A stretch of 64,000 nucleotides of DNA from IMG/VR virus record IMGVR_UViG_3300040801_004793, positions 1 to 64,000 of that record; one strand, given 5' to 3'. This stretch comes from a virus. The notes beneath the pieces were generated by a model that saw only the letters and a program-made list of their open reading frames with translations, ran no database searches and was not told the DNA's origin. The position numbers were made by a program, and so were the translations under genes. Positions 18,183 to 27,831 of the stretch are shown here, piece by piece. Position 1 is the stretch's first letter. Each line of letters opens with the position of its first letter.

Positions 18183-18662
18183 ATGACAAATAGCATTGAT
18201 ACGTCTTTGTCAGCAATTCGAGAGAATCCTTCTCGATTTAAAGAGATTTTACAAGCAGATTATAACTATGTACTACATAAGTTATCTGCTCAAGAGTATC
18301 AAAGTAAGTCTGAAAATACAAGGGTGTGTCTTCTTGAATCGAGATCTCCCGTGTATCCTTTAAAAAAGACTTTAAGATGTGCCGTAGGCCATTTGGTCGA
18401 TGAAGAAGTACTAGAACAGTGCAGAGCTAACAATTCTTTAGGATTATCAGTACATGACCTTCAAGATTACTATGACCTTTATGTGGAAAATGATCCTGAA
18501 ACACAGAAGTTATTAGATGAGTACTTCTTTTTTCTCATTTACCTTCTTAAAATTCATGATAATTCACAAAATTGGAATGGAGAGGGGTATGTAAAAAGGA
18601 ATAAAGACGAGACTTTAATAGAACAGGTCTATAGCTTAAGATCTCCTTGGGAGGAGAACTAA
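18183..18662 (+). CDS. hypothetical protein (paralog of the next gene)
   Basis: RCAVGHL...LSV.DL...IHD motif set shared with 18662..19099. Confidence 0.65.
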   Translation: MTNSIDTSLSAIRENPSRFKEILQADYNYVLHKLSAQEYQSKSENTRVCLLESRSPVYPLKKTLRCAVGHLVDEEVLEQCRANNSLGLSVHDLQDYYDLYVENDPETQKLLDEYFFFLIYLLKIHDNSQNWNGEGYVKRNKDETLIEQVYSLRSPWEEN

Positions 18663-19099
18663 TGAATATTACACTAGATGCAATCGTAGAGGAGTATCTC
18701 GAAAGAGGGTTGACACCAGAATTTAAAGAAAAAGTTCTTTCTTTCGTAATAGGTAAACTGGAAAAACAGCCAACTAGAAGTTTTAATACGGCTTTAGAAG
18801 TTTGTGTGTACTTAGATGGGCCATCGGGTCATAAATGTTCTATTGGACATTTAATACCTAAGCGATTTCAAGAAAAGGTTTTTAACACTCAAAGCTTAAA
18901 TCAACTTTCAGTAAGAGATCTTGTTTCTGAATTGTACCCTGAAAAGTTTATTCCTTGTGTTCCTAAAGACCTATGTATTTTCTTGGATGCTTTGCAATGG
19001 ATTCATGATACAAGTCGAACTTGGGGTCCAGATGGTTTTAACCCTGAAAGAGCTAGAGAAGAATATCAAAATTTTTTTGATAGAAAATACTTTTCTTAA
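18662..19099 (+). CDS. hypothetical protein
   Basis: KCSIGHL...LSVRDL...IHD; ATG overlaps the upstream stop. Confidence 0.65.
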   Translation: MNITLDAIVEEYLERGLTPEFKEKVLSFVIGKLEKQPTRSFNTALEVCVYLDGPSGHKCSIGHLIPKRFQEKVFNTQSLNQLSVRDLVSELYPEKFIPCVPKDLCIFLDALQWIHDTSRTWGPDGFNPERAREEYQNFFDRKYFS

Positions 19100-19292
19100 T
19101 TTTTTGATTTTTGTACATATGATTGAGTAATCTTTTTCGTAAGTTTATTTCTCATTTACTCAATCAAATGTCTATGTTTGCTAAAATGTAAGGAGCTGTC
19201 TTGGTTATTTATCTTCCTGATCCAAGCTCCAACCGCATTGTAGCATACCTTTTTTCTCAAAGTCAACCTTTAACCGTACATTGGAGGGTCGG

Positions 19293-19769
19293 ATGACCGT
19301 ACATCCTGATATTGAGCTTGAAGTTCCTGGTCTTGACGGCTACTTGGTAGATCCATTTAAGGCTGTTGTATACAGCTATCAGGGAACGTTTTATAAAAAA
19401 CCTCTTAAAGCCTTTTTAGGTTCCAACAATAAAAATTTAGTTGTTCAACTTATAGTTAGGGGAAAGCGAACAACTAGGTCTTTAGCTCTTTTAGTCTACA
19501 AAGCTTATCATGGCTTACCTGAAAATACTAAGATAAGGGTAAAACACATAGATGGTAATTGTCTAAATTGCAGCATTGACAATCTAGAACGAGACCAGGT
19601 GTATGTACCTCTTGGACACAGTATCGTATTGGAGGATTCTCAAATTATAGAGATTCGAAACTTATACCGTTCGGGAGGGGTGACACAAAAACAATTAGCC
19701 CAAAGATTTGGCGTCAGTATAAACACGATTTCGTCCATTGTTCATCGAAGAAAGCACAATCATGTCTAA
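19293..19769 (+). CDS. HNH-like endonuclease domain plus C-terminal helix-turn-helix
   Basis: KHIDGNCLNCSIDNL (HNH_3-like); TQKQLAQRFGVSINTISSIV (HTH). Confidence 0.75.
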   Translation: MTVHPDIELEVPGLDGYLVDPFKAVVYSYQGTFYKKPLKAFLGSNNKNLVVQLIVRGKRTTRSLALLVYKAYHGLPENTKIRVKHIDGNCLNCSIDNLERDQVYVPLGHSIVLEDSQIIEIRNLYRSGGVTQKQLAQRFGVSINTISSIVHRRKHNHV

Positions 19770-19874
19770 TAGTACTTTACCTTTACCAAGCTATTTGCAA
19801 ACTTTACTCAAAGTTTGTTTATAGATGCGGTAGCACTTTTTAGAAATTGGAGATTTACCTGGAGTATAAGTTTC

Positions 19875-20336
19875 ATGAAAAACAATTTTTACCACGGGGG
19901 CGGAGGTGGTCCCCCTTCGAATCCAAAACCCGACAAAGATCCCAAACCTAAGGTGCCGGATGCTCCTCCACCAAGCCCAAGAGAAAAAGGTCTTACTCTT
20001 TTTGACCTGTTAACGATTATTTTGTCGGCCATATTTGTGCTTCACTTGCCTTTTTTAGTATTACGTGGAAAAATGCCTTTTATTGACTGGAGGCCAATTC
20101 GACCAGCCGAAAGAATTAGAGTTGCGGAGGAAAATTTCTTAGACTCTACTCAAGAGACACACGTATTAAAAGGGTGTACCTCTCTAGATTCTGATGGAGA
20201 TGGAAGAGTTTCTTGTGATGCTAAAAACACTTTAGATGGGGGCCGCATTGACACTTTTGAGTGCCCGTATTCTACAGGTTTTCTAGCTGATAAAGGATGT
20301 TCTACTCGAAGAGAGTTTAACACCCAAACTCGATGA
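19875..20336 (+). CDS. membrane-anchored Cys-containing protein
   Basis: Pro-rich N-terminus, one hydrophobic segment, DSDGDGRVS Ca-loop-like motif, 4 Cys. Confidence 0.55.
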   Translation: MKNNFYHGGGGGPPSNPKPDKDPKPKVPDAPPPSPREKGLTLFDLLTIILSAIFVLHLPFLVLRGKMPFIDWRPIRPAERIRVAEENFLDSTQETHVLKGCTSLDSDGDGRVSCDAKNTLDGGRIDTFECPYSTGFLADKGCSTRREFNTQTR

Positions 20337-20345
20337 GTTTTGAGA

Positions 20346-20381
20346 GTAAGAGGTAGTTTCTAAAAAGACTGCCTCTTACTA
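20346..20381 (+). terminator. hairpin terminator candidate
   Basis: AGTAAGAGGTAGT...ACTGCCTCTTACT inverted repeat. Confidence 0.45.
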
Positions 20382-20902
20382 ACTTAAATTAAAGTTTTAG
20401 TGGGAGAAAAAAACTAAGTGTCTTCTATTACTTTCAAAGAATTTACAATTGAAATTCCCGAAGCAAGAACTCATATTTCAGGTAAAAAAGACGGTACAAA
20501 AAAAGTAATTTTAAATAACTACTCAAGTTATTCTTTTTTCTTTACTCACTCTTTGCCTGGAACTGTAGTTCTTAGTGTTTTTTCTTATTCTCTTTCTAAA
20601 TCTACGGAGCAGTTAGTTTTCAATAGTATAGTTTTTCCCAGTGAGAATCATATTCTAGAGTTAACTCGGAGGCAACTACCAGAAAGTCTAATTTTTCAAG
20701 TATCGACCGCAACTTCAACACAAGAGTTTACCCTACTTTTGGAGAAAGCTTAGCATGACCGTAATTCTTCTACTACTGGCAGCTTTTGTTTTGTACCTCT
20801 TTTATAGATTTTTGGAGGAAATTTTTAAACATATTTCCGGTCCCTGGGAATAAAGGACGGCTAAAAGTTTTTACCCCTTCTTTTCTAAAAAGGGGTATAT
20901 TA

Positions 20903-20983
20903 GGGCGGTTGGCCGAGCGGATTAGGCAACCAACTCATAATTGGTGGGGAAACCCTAGACAGGTTCGACTCCTGTACCGCCCA
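20903..20983 (+). tRNA. tRNA with CAT anticodon (Met or Ile2) and long variable arm
   Basis: GGGCGGT/ACCGCCC acceptor, ACCAA-CTCATAA-TTGGT, 13-nt variable region, ACAGG-TTCGACT-CCTGT. Confidence 0.85.
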
Positions 20984-21141
20984 TACAAAACTAGAGAGGC
21001 CACTCTTATGTATTACAATTACTCTGGATATTAGTGAGATTATTACTAGTTGCCCTCAGTTGAAAGACATTAAAGACTTTTCAGGTTTTTATATTTCTTT
21101 AGAAGGGAAATCTTTATTTTTTTACGAACGGAATTAAAGTC

Positions 21142-21603
21142 ATGTTTTATCTGTTTAATTCTCAAAATATTGATTTGAGCCCTCAAGCAGCATTTAGAAG
21201 AAGTTTAAAAACGGACTGGATGACTCTGAATTCTAGTTGTCTAATTTCCACTACAAAAATTTCACACGAATGCCTAAATCTCCCTTTTCGGACAACAACA
21301 TTTGAAATTTATCAGAGAGTTAAAGATTTGAGAGAATTTAATCTCAGGCCGCCAAATTTTGAAGAGGCCTGTGAATGGCTGAAAGTTACAAAAAGATCTC
21401 GGGATTCAGTTCTTATTAATACCTTTTTTAAAGGGTATACTAAACTTTATGTTTTTTTGGTGCATATTGATAAAAATGTGTCTTGCCATTTTAAGACTGA
21501 ACGCCGAAATTCACTAAATCTTGCTACGGGAAGTTTTTCTATTGTTTTAGTATACGATCCAGTTATCGAAAAAAACCCTTTAATCTATAGAACTTTTCCA
21601 TGA
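21142..21603 (+). CDS. hypothetical protein, possible highly degenerate CLec/FGE derivative
   Basis: LRPPNFEEA resembles RLP(T/S)EAE; paralog of the next gene. Confidence 0.45.
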   Translation: MFYLFNSQNIDLSPQAAFRRSLKTDWMTLNSSCLISTTKISHECLNLPFRTTTFEIYQRVKDLREFNLRPPNFEEACEWLKVTKRSRDSVLINTFFKGYTKLYVFLVHIDKNVSCHFKTERRNSLNLATGSFSIVLVYDPVIEKNPLIYRTFP

Positions 21604-22073
21604 AGAATCACATTTTAGGTTATACAGACTTTAGTCCCTTCTTTGATGGGCCTTTTTCTAGTGAAGCCGTCGGAAAAAACATTTCTTTTTTAAGTTATTC
21701 GGAAAACATTAGTTTAAGTTGTAAGCCCTTTAACCCCCAAGATATTAAGATAGATCCCACTTTTTCAGCGGCAGAAATATACGAGAGATTTTGTTTTTTA
21801 AGACGTTTCAACATCCGTCTTCCCACGAAAGAAGAGGTTGTTTATTGGCAAGAAACTTCTCTACATAAAAGCACTGGTCCCAAACCAGCTATATTTTTAA
21901 CTTACTCTTTTTTAAAGACGCCAGAAAATGTACTTTACCTTCAAGTGTATAGACCAAGCTGGGGTACTAGTCTTTGGAGGCGGTTCCCCCATACCTGTAT
22001 CATGATACTAGTTCACGATACAAAAATAGAAGAGACCCCTCCACAAACAGAAATATACCCTATCTACCATTAA
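21600..22073 (+). CDS. hypothetical protein, possible degenerate CLec/FGE derivative
   Basis: IRLPTKEEV motif. Confidence 0.45.
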   Translation: MKNHILGYTDFSPFFDGPFSSEAVGKNISFLSYSENISLSCKPFNPQDIKIDPTFSAAEIYERFCFLRRFNIRLPTKEEVVYWQETSLHKSTGPKPAIFLTYSFLKTPENVLYLQVYRPSWGTSLWRRFPHTCIMILVHDTKIEETPPQTEIYPIYH

Positions 22074-22081
22074 AAATAAAA

Positions 22082-22654
22082 ATGGCCGACGTTTTTGGAT
22101 TATCAGACCCCAACTTAAACTCTCTTGTAAGATCTTCTGCTCCGGGAGCACTATTTATTAATGTCTATGACGACTTTTATATTTCAGAATCTACCATCTC
22201 TACGTCACATTTAAATTCAAAAGATATTTCTGGATCATTTCAAGAGTTTCAGGAAAAGTTGGGTTGTCTTTTTCCGGGCTACAGACTCCCTACTTACAAG
22301 GAGACTGCTTTATCTATAACTCACGGCTTACTTAAACAAAAAAAATCTTGGGAATTAGTAAATTTTCATGAGGATATGAACTTAATACCCGCAGAGAGAG
22401 CTATGAACTTAATACCTTCTGCGGAGGTAGAAATGGCCGTGTCTTTTTCTCGCAGTTCTCGCGATTATAGTATTCTCAGTAAAATACATTATCTATCCTT
22501 AAAAAGAAAATTCCCAGAAAGAGAGTTTTGGAATGTTCCTTTTGTAATGAGTCTTAATAATTTAGGTGTAGTGGTGCCTCTTCTACCTTCCGTATCGACT
22601 AGCGGTTCTACTATAGGTTTCAGGTTAGCTTATAACGAGAAAGGAAAAAAGTGA
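22082..22654 (+). CDS. degenerate CLec/FGE-like protein
   Basis: DFYISES, GYRLPTYKE and terminal IGFRLA motifs. Confidence 0.55.
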   Translation: MADVFGLSDPNLNSLVRSSAPGALFINVYDDFYISESTISTSHLNSKDISGSFQEFQEKLGCLFPGYRLPTYKETALSITHGLLKQKKSWELVNFHEDMNLIPAERAMNLIPSAEVEMAVSFSRSSRDYSILSKIHYLSLKRKFPEREFWNVPFVMSLNNLGVVVPLLPSVSTSGSTIGFRLAYNEKGKK

Positions 22655-22766
22655 AAAAATTATAGTTTTAGAACTTGCTTCTGAGAGCTGGTACCTATAA
22701 CTTTTTGTAGGGGTCAGTTATCTCTGTTCAATCAACCTCTGAAAACCAATACAGGATTCAAGACTA

Positions 22767-23888
22767 ATGGCTAAACCACAACTCGTAGAACTAGAAGGCT
22801 CTTTCTTTCACCAGGAGCTTCTGCACCCTACAGAACTGGAGCCCGCAATTTATACAATAAAATCCCATCCGAGGCTAGGTTTAGGCCTTACTTTTGCATC
22901 AAATACTTTTTCTCTACCCCCAAAACTCTACGGGGGCGTATCTCTTGCAGACCAAATTATTGAGTCCTGGGTTAAATTAGGGCTCAATAATATGGGAGCC
23001 TTATTTGCAGGACTTCCCGGAACGGGAAAATCTATTATTGCAAAGAAAATTTGCAATCATGCAATATTGAATTTAGGCATTTCCGTGATTGTCGTAAGTG
23101 AGCCTATCGAGGTCTTACAACTTTACAATCTCATCACTCCGTACAAAACACCTTTTGTTCTATTCTTTGATGAGTTTGAGAAAGTCTACTATGAGTCTCA
23201 GGGAGAAGAGCTTCTTAGTCTATTAGATGGATCTCTTACAACTCCCACCTTAAACTTACTTACCTCGAATACGTCTGACATTTCAGAATTTCTAATTCAC
23301 CGTCCGGGTAGAATTAGATATTTGCAAACTTACAACAGTCTTCACAGAGACCAAGTTCTGGATTTTCTGTCAGACCACTTACCAGAAAATTTGGTGCTTC
23401 CTGTGGCTGATTACTTGTTTTGTAAAACATCTGTCATTACTTTTGACATTTTGCAAGCCGTCGCGACTGAAATTAAAATTCACCAACCAGGAATAGAAGA
23501 TCTTATGGATCTCTTAAAACCTCTAAATATTAAACCTGAGTCTGGTTTTTTCACGGCTGTTTTTTCTGAGTTTAGTAATCAACCTGTCATCCCTTTTATG
23601 GGATCTGTAGAAGGTAAGCTTTCAAGAATGCAACGCTACTACATAGGTAGTTCAGTACTGAGAGGAGAAGACATCTTTGTACTTAATTTTTCTAGAAACC
23701 CAGATGACCCTTTAGCTGAAAAAGGTACAATCTACCTAGACTTTTCCCGGTCAAAAACAAAATTAGGGGATTCTAAACTTCATGTTCCTTTTTTCTATGA
23801 ACCTATTAAAAAAGGAATAAAACAACTCCCTGCGGGTTTTGCTTGTTTTACTCGGGAACTAGAAGATTCATCTCAGGGTCATACCTAA
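22767..23888 (+). CDS. AAA+ ATPase
   Basis: Walker A GLPGTGKS, Walker B LFFDEFEK, LLSLLDG, RPGR arginine finger. Confidence 0.9.
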   Translation: MAKPQLVELEGSFFHQELLHPTELEPAIYTIKSHPRLGLGLTFASNTFSLPPKLYGGVSLADQIIESWVKLGLNNMGALFAGLPGTGKSIIAKKICNHAILNLGISVIVVSEPIEVLQLYNLITPYKTPFVLFFDEFEKVYYESQGEELLSLLDGSLTTPTLNLLTSNTSDISEFLIHRPGRIRYLQTYNSLHRDQVLDFLSDHLPENLVLPVADYLFCKTSVITFDILQAVATEIKIHQPGIEDLMDLLKPLNIKPESGFFTAVFSEFSNQPVIPFMGSVEGKLSRMQRYYIGSSVLRGEDIFVLNFSRNPDDPLAEKGTIYLDFSRSKTKLGDSKLHVPFFYEPIKKGIKQLPAGFACFTRELEDSSQGHT

Positions 23889-24418
23889 AAAAGGTTTGAC
23901 CAATCTTGAGTTTGTGGTTGCGATACCCTTTGGTAACCATTTCCCATATAATGGTTTTATTACAGTTTTTAACTGTAACTTGGGGTATCCAGCCCCGCTC
24001 GTCTCCTAGGTATAGGTAGACCGTGCTTTTCCAGGGAATTAGTTCACCAGCGCTTTTTGGTATGACCATCACAGTTTCATCTCTACTTCAAAGTCTTTGT
24101 TTTTCACCCATTCAAGGCTCTAATCCAATAATAGCAGTAGTGACCCAAAAAACAACGGGAAAAACTTACGCTCTAAAGCTTGCTCTAGCTGATCACTTCA
24201 ATCCAGAATATTATATTCTGCATCTGAATTCTATTCAGAGAGGAGCTCAGTTGGATTTGGTTCAGAGACAGCTAGATTATTTGCGCAAACAGGGAGAGAA
24301 AGAAAACTCGGATGAGATAGAATTTTGGTCATCCATGATAGAAGACTATCTAGAAGAAATTCACGAATTCTAGTAGTCTGTGGTAAAGTAAGATTTCCAT
24401 TCAGTCATTAAAATCAAA

Positions 24419-25003
24419 ATGAACATTCTAATTGCAGCTTTGAATCTCTCTCTACTTTTGAGCTCGATCCCGAGTGGGGGAGAACCACTTCAAGAATTTG
24501 AACCTTTGCTACCAGAGGCCCGCAGACAGCCTCTAGAGGACTCTTTAGTAAACCGTATACAACAGGCCTCAAGAACTTTAGAGGCCTCTCGTAGCCTAGA
24601 ACAGAGGGGTCTCAGTGTCAGTACAACACTAGACCAACTAACGGATTACTGGACTGAGATGAATCTCTCAGATCAGGAAACGTGTGGCGGAAACACTCTA
24701 ACTGCTCTATCCTCTTGGTATGGGCCGGGATTTCATGGACGCCGAACCGCAAACGGAGAAATTTTTAACCAGAATGATTTTACGGTTGCCCACAAAACTC
24801 TTCCTTTCGGAACTATTGTTTCTGTTTTAAGAACAGATGGTGCAATTGTACATATTAGGGTTAATGATCGCGGACCATATATTGGATCTAGAGAGTTTGA
24901 CTTTTCCAGAGCCGCAGCAAGTGTAATTCAAGTTAGCGGGGGTGGAAGCCTTCTTAACTCCGGGGTTGGAAGCGTATATATTTGTGCAATCACAACACCC
25001 TAA
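24419..25003 (+). CDS. rlpA: RlpA-family (DPBB) lytic transglycosylase with signal peptide
   Basis: SWYGPGFHGRRTANGE, AHKTLPFGT, RVNDRGPY, DFSRAAA. Confidence 0.9.
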   Translation: MNILIAALNLSLLLSSIPSGGEPLQEFEPLLPEARRQPLEDSLVNRIQQASRTLEASRSLEQRGLSVSTTLDQLTDYWTEMNLSDQETCGGNTLTALSSWYGPGFHGRRTANGEIFNQNDFTVAHKTLPFGTIVSVLRTDGAIVHIRVNDRGPYIGSREFDFSRAAASVIQVSGGGSLLNSGVGSVYICAITTP

Positions 25004-25226
25004 GAATGAAAAACCTCCTGGATTTAGAACTTCAATACCGACGAGATTTTCAAGATGCTTGTTTTAAGCTTCTTTCTCGTTTTAGTGTCATGTCTTCTGA
25101 AGAAGAGGTGCAAAAAGCAATTCGGGAGGTTTGCAAAAGTTTTGAAGAAGGAAATTTTGAAACGACAAAGCTTTTTGAAATGACTGTTCTTTTATACCAT
25201 CTATATAGAATTAGAAATTTTAACGA

Positions 25227-25670
25227 ATGAAGAAAATTCTGATTTTAAGTCGCCAAACGGCAAATGCAAATTTTACAGATTTGTCTGGTAAGCATCTCAT
25301 TCTTTCTATTACATCTCCTTCAGATGTTTTTACTCCGTACATTGACAATCAAAATAAAAATTGTGTTGGTATTTTAGCTTTAAAGTTTGATGATTATGCA
25401 GAAAATAACTTTGAAAACATTCACCCAGGAACAATACTATTTGATGAAAGAAAAGCAAATCTAATTGCTAATTTTGTTTATTCTCATTGGTCAATTATAG
25501 ACACAATATCAATTAATTGTGATGCGGGAATTTCGAGATCGGCGGGAGTAGCTCAAGCTATTTATGAGCATTTTAAAAATGAAGTAGAACTAACCACACA
25601 ACAGTCCCTATTTTTTCCCAATAATCTGGTCAAGAAAATGATGTTAAAAGCTCTCGCCTCTCAAGCATAG
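25227..25670 (+). CDS. protein tyrosine/dual-specificity phosphatase-like protein
   Basis: CX5R motif CDAGISRS; upstream FDD; C-terminal PN. Confidence 0.8.
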   Translation: MKKILILSRQTANANFTDLSGKHLILSITSPSDVFTPYIDNQNKNCVGILALKFDDYAENNFENIHPGTILFDERKANLIANFVYSHWSIIDTISINCDAGISRSAGVAQAIYEHFKNEVELTTQQSLFFPNNLVKKMMLKALASQA

Positions 25671-25727
25671 ATGGCGATGCACCCGCCTTGTAAGCGGGAT
25701 AGATCAGTTCAAGTCTGATGAGAGGCT
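25656..25727 (+). tRNA. tRNA-Thr(TGT)
   Basis: GCCTCTC/GAGAGGC acceptor, CCCGC-CTTGTAA-GCGGG, TTCAAGT T-loop; A instead of T at position 8. Confidence 0.85.
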
Positions 25728-25734
25728 CTTTTTA

Positions 25735-26346
25735 ATGAATATTTTCTTCGTAGATACCGACCCTTTAGTTGCAGCTTCTAATTTGTGTGATCGCCATGTT
25801 AATAAGATGATTACAGAGACGGCTCAAATTCTTTGTACTAACTACTTTTTAGAAACGGGTAATCATAGCCTGTACAAACCAATAATGCCAAATCATGGTA
25901 GTGTTAGGTGGGCAAGACAAAATTCAGAAAATAGAAAGTGGCTATTATTTCATTTACGGGGTCTTTTAAAAGAATTTGATCTTCGAAAACCTAACAATAG
26001 TAGTCACTTAAAAGCAAGAGAAATTGCAAATCAACTTTTTGATTTGTACGTTGAAAGTGAATTAAATTTAGAAAAGGTTACTCCAATTGCTCTTTGCTTT
26101 TCTTCTCCCCATGAAAAATTAAACTCCATACTAAAAGAAGAAGTTCTTCCTAGATGGTATTTTATAAAAGATACGAGAGGTACTTTCTATGCAGAAAATC
26201 TAGAAAACTCGGTTTTTGCTTATAGAGAGTATTACTCATATAAACTTTTTAAGGATTTCAAACTGCCCGAATGGAACTGGCTTCCCGAATCTAAACCTCT
26301 TTGGTATAGACCCCAGGAATTGCTTAGTCGTAAAGCTCACTCATAA
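25735..26346 (+). CDS. pyrimidine-dimer DNA glycosylase-like protein
   Basis: MNIF..D.DP..AA..LCDRHV.KMI.ETAQIL N-terminus, NH...RW, AYR.YY..K. Confidence 0.75.
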   Translation: MNIFFVDTDPLVAASNLCDRHVNKMITETAQILCTNYFLETGNHSLYKPIMPNHGSVRWARQNSENRKWLLFHLRGLLKEFDLRKPNNSSHLKAREIANQLFDLYVESELNLEKVTPIALCFSSPHEKLNSILKEEVLPRWYFIKDTRGTFYAENLENSVFAYREYYSYKLFKDFKLPEWNWLPESKPLWYRPQELLSRKAHS

Positions 26347-26354
26347 AGAAGTTA

Positions 26355-26428
26355 GCCCCTGTAGCCCAATCGGAAGAGGCAGCAGACTTAAAATCTGTCC
26401 AGTGTGGGTTCGAGTCCCACTAGGGGTA
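26355..26428 (+). tRNA. tRNA-Leu(TAA), short variable loop
   Basis: GCCCCTG/TAGGGGT acceptor, GCAGA-CTTAAAA-TCTGT, TTCGAGT. Confidence 0.88.
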
Positions 26429-26552
26429 TTTACAATTTAGGTGTAGAATAGGTGAGAAGACAAAAGAAGCTTTTCATTTTTAGGAGACTTTATAAGTCTA
26501 AAAAGACCCCTGGAAAAGTACTTAGTCTTTAATTTAAAAGTTGGGGTCTTTA

Positions 26553-26626
26553 CAAAGTGTAGCTCAGTTTGGTAGAGCACTCCGTTTGGGGCGGAGATGT
26601 CGTAGGTTCAAATCCTGCCACTTTGA
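26553..26626 (+). tRNA. tRNA-Pro(TGG)
   Basis: CAAAGTG/CACTTTG acceptor, CTCCG-TTTGGGG-CGGAG. Confidence 0.93.
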
Positions 26627-27164
26627 TTGTTTTAAACTTAAAAGCATGTTATACTTTCAACAGTCTCTCTGGATCGCACTCTTTGTGACCGGATTATTTT
26701 TTGCTATGGAGAGAGTATACTGTTTTCTTTTCCGAAAACTACCTCAAGATAACCTGTTAAATATTCTTGTTGCATTTTTCTTTGATATTGCTCTATTTCT
26801 CTTATCTCCTTTTTTACGATGAACTACCAAGAAGCTCTTCTTTCCATGGGTTATCGACAGCCTAGTACCACGGCTGAAATTTTTTGTAAACCTCTAGGTT
26901 TTTGTGCAATCTTTTACAACCCGGAAACTGGAAGTTTAGTAATCTTAGGTTATGACTCGAAAACAAAAGAAAGTAAAAACTTTCTAACTTGTAAATTACC
27001 TAAAAACAATGTATCTTTTCAGAACGAACTAAAAAAATTCGAATCAAAACTTTTAGCTGAGATCGTTACAACTTTTGGTTTAGGAGAAGAAGATAAACCT
27101 AGAGACCTTAGTTTTACTCCTATAGAAGAAGCCTCTGTTTTTGCAGACACGTAGCATCTTTTCT

Positions 27165-27237
27165 GGGTTGTTAGCTCAGCGGCAAGAGCACTCGGCTTTT
27201 AACCGATTGGTCCTGGGTTCGAATCCCAGACAGCCCA
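27165..27237 (+). tRNA. tRNA-Lys(TTT)
   Basis: GGGTTGT/ACAGCCC acceptor, loop CTTTTAA, TTCGAAT. Confidence 0.93.
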
Positions 27238-27740
27238 TTTTAATTGGAGATTTCATGGACTTAATTAAATTAAAACAAGGAATAGATGTTGTAAACCTCT
27301 TTCTTTTCTGGGACACTCTTTCTCTCTGCTGGTATAACACTCTGTATTCTAAAGAGGACTGTTATTTCGGTTGCTTTGAGATTGCTTTCTTTTTAGGTTA
27401 CGAAGAGATTTTTAACTTTAGTTGTGGTACTAATCTAAATGAAAAAAAGAATTTTTGGTTTTTTAGATTTCTTGATTTTAGATTCATATCTTAGTTCAGA
27501 TAGTGGATTTTTTAGTATCTGTTTTTTAGAGAAGTACTCTGTTGGTGACCAAATCTTTGATACGAGTGTTCCTTTTTTTGGTTTTAATTGGAATAATGTC
27601 ACAGACTATCAAAGCAGTAGTTTTTCCTTTTCCTTGTTTTCTCCCTTTTTAAACGCCTTTTCAATTTTTATAAGTTTAGGAATGTCAGGAGCTCTTTTTC
27701 TCACTATTCCTTTTCTTAACATTTACTACACAAAAGTTTG

Positions 27741-27812
27741 GCGGGTGTAGTTCAGTGGTAGAACGTCAGCCTTCCAAGCTGAATGTCGTCGGTTCGAGTC
27801 CGATCACCCGCT
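27741..27812 (+). tRNA. tRNA-Gly(TCC)
   Basis: GCGGGTG/CACCCGC acceptor, TCAGC-CTTCCAA-GCTGA. Confidence 0.95.
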
Positions 27813-27831
27813 CTTTTACAGAGAACTTGTC

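Noticed and set aside
20786-27494. ORFs 20786..21034, 26216..26440 and the 5' parts of 26541 and 27141
   Set aside because: They run through tRNA genes; spurious, or with true starts downstream of the tRNA
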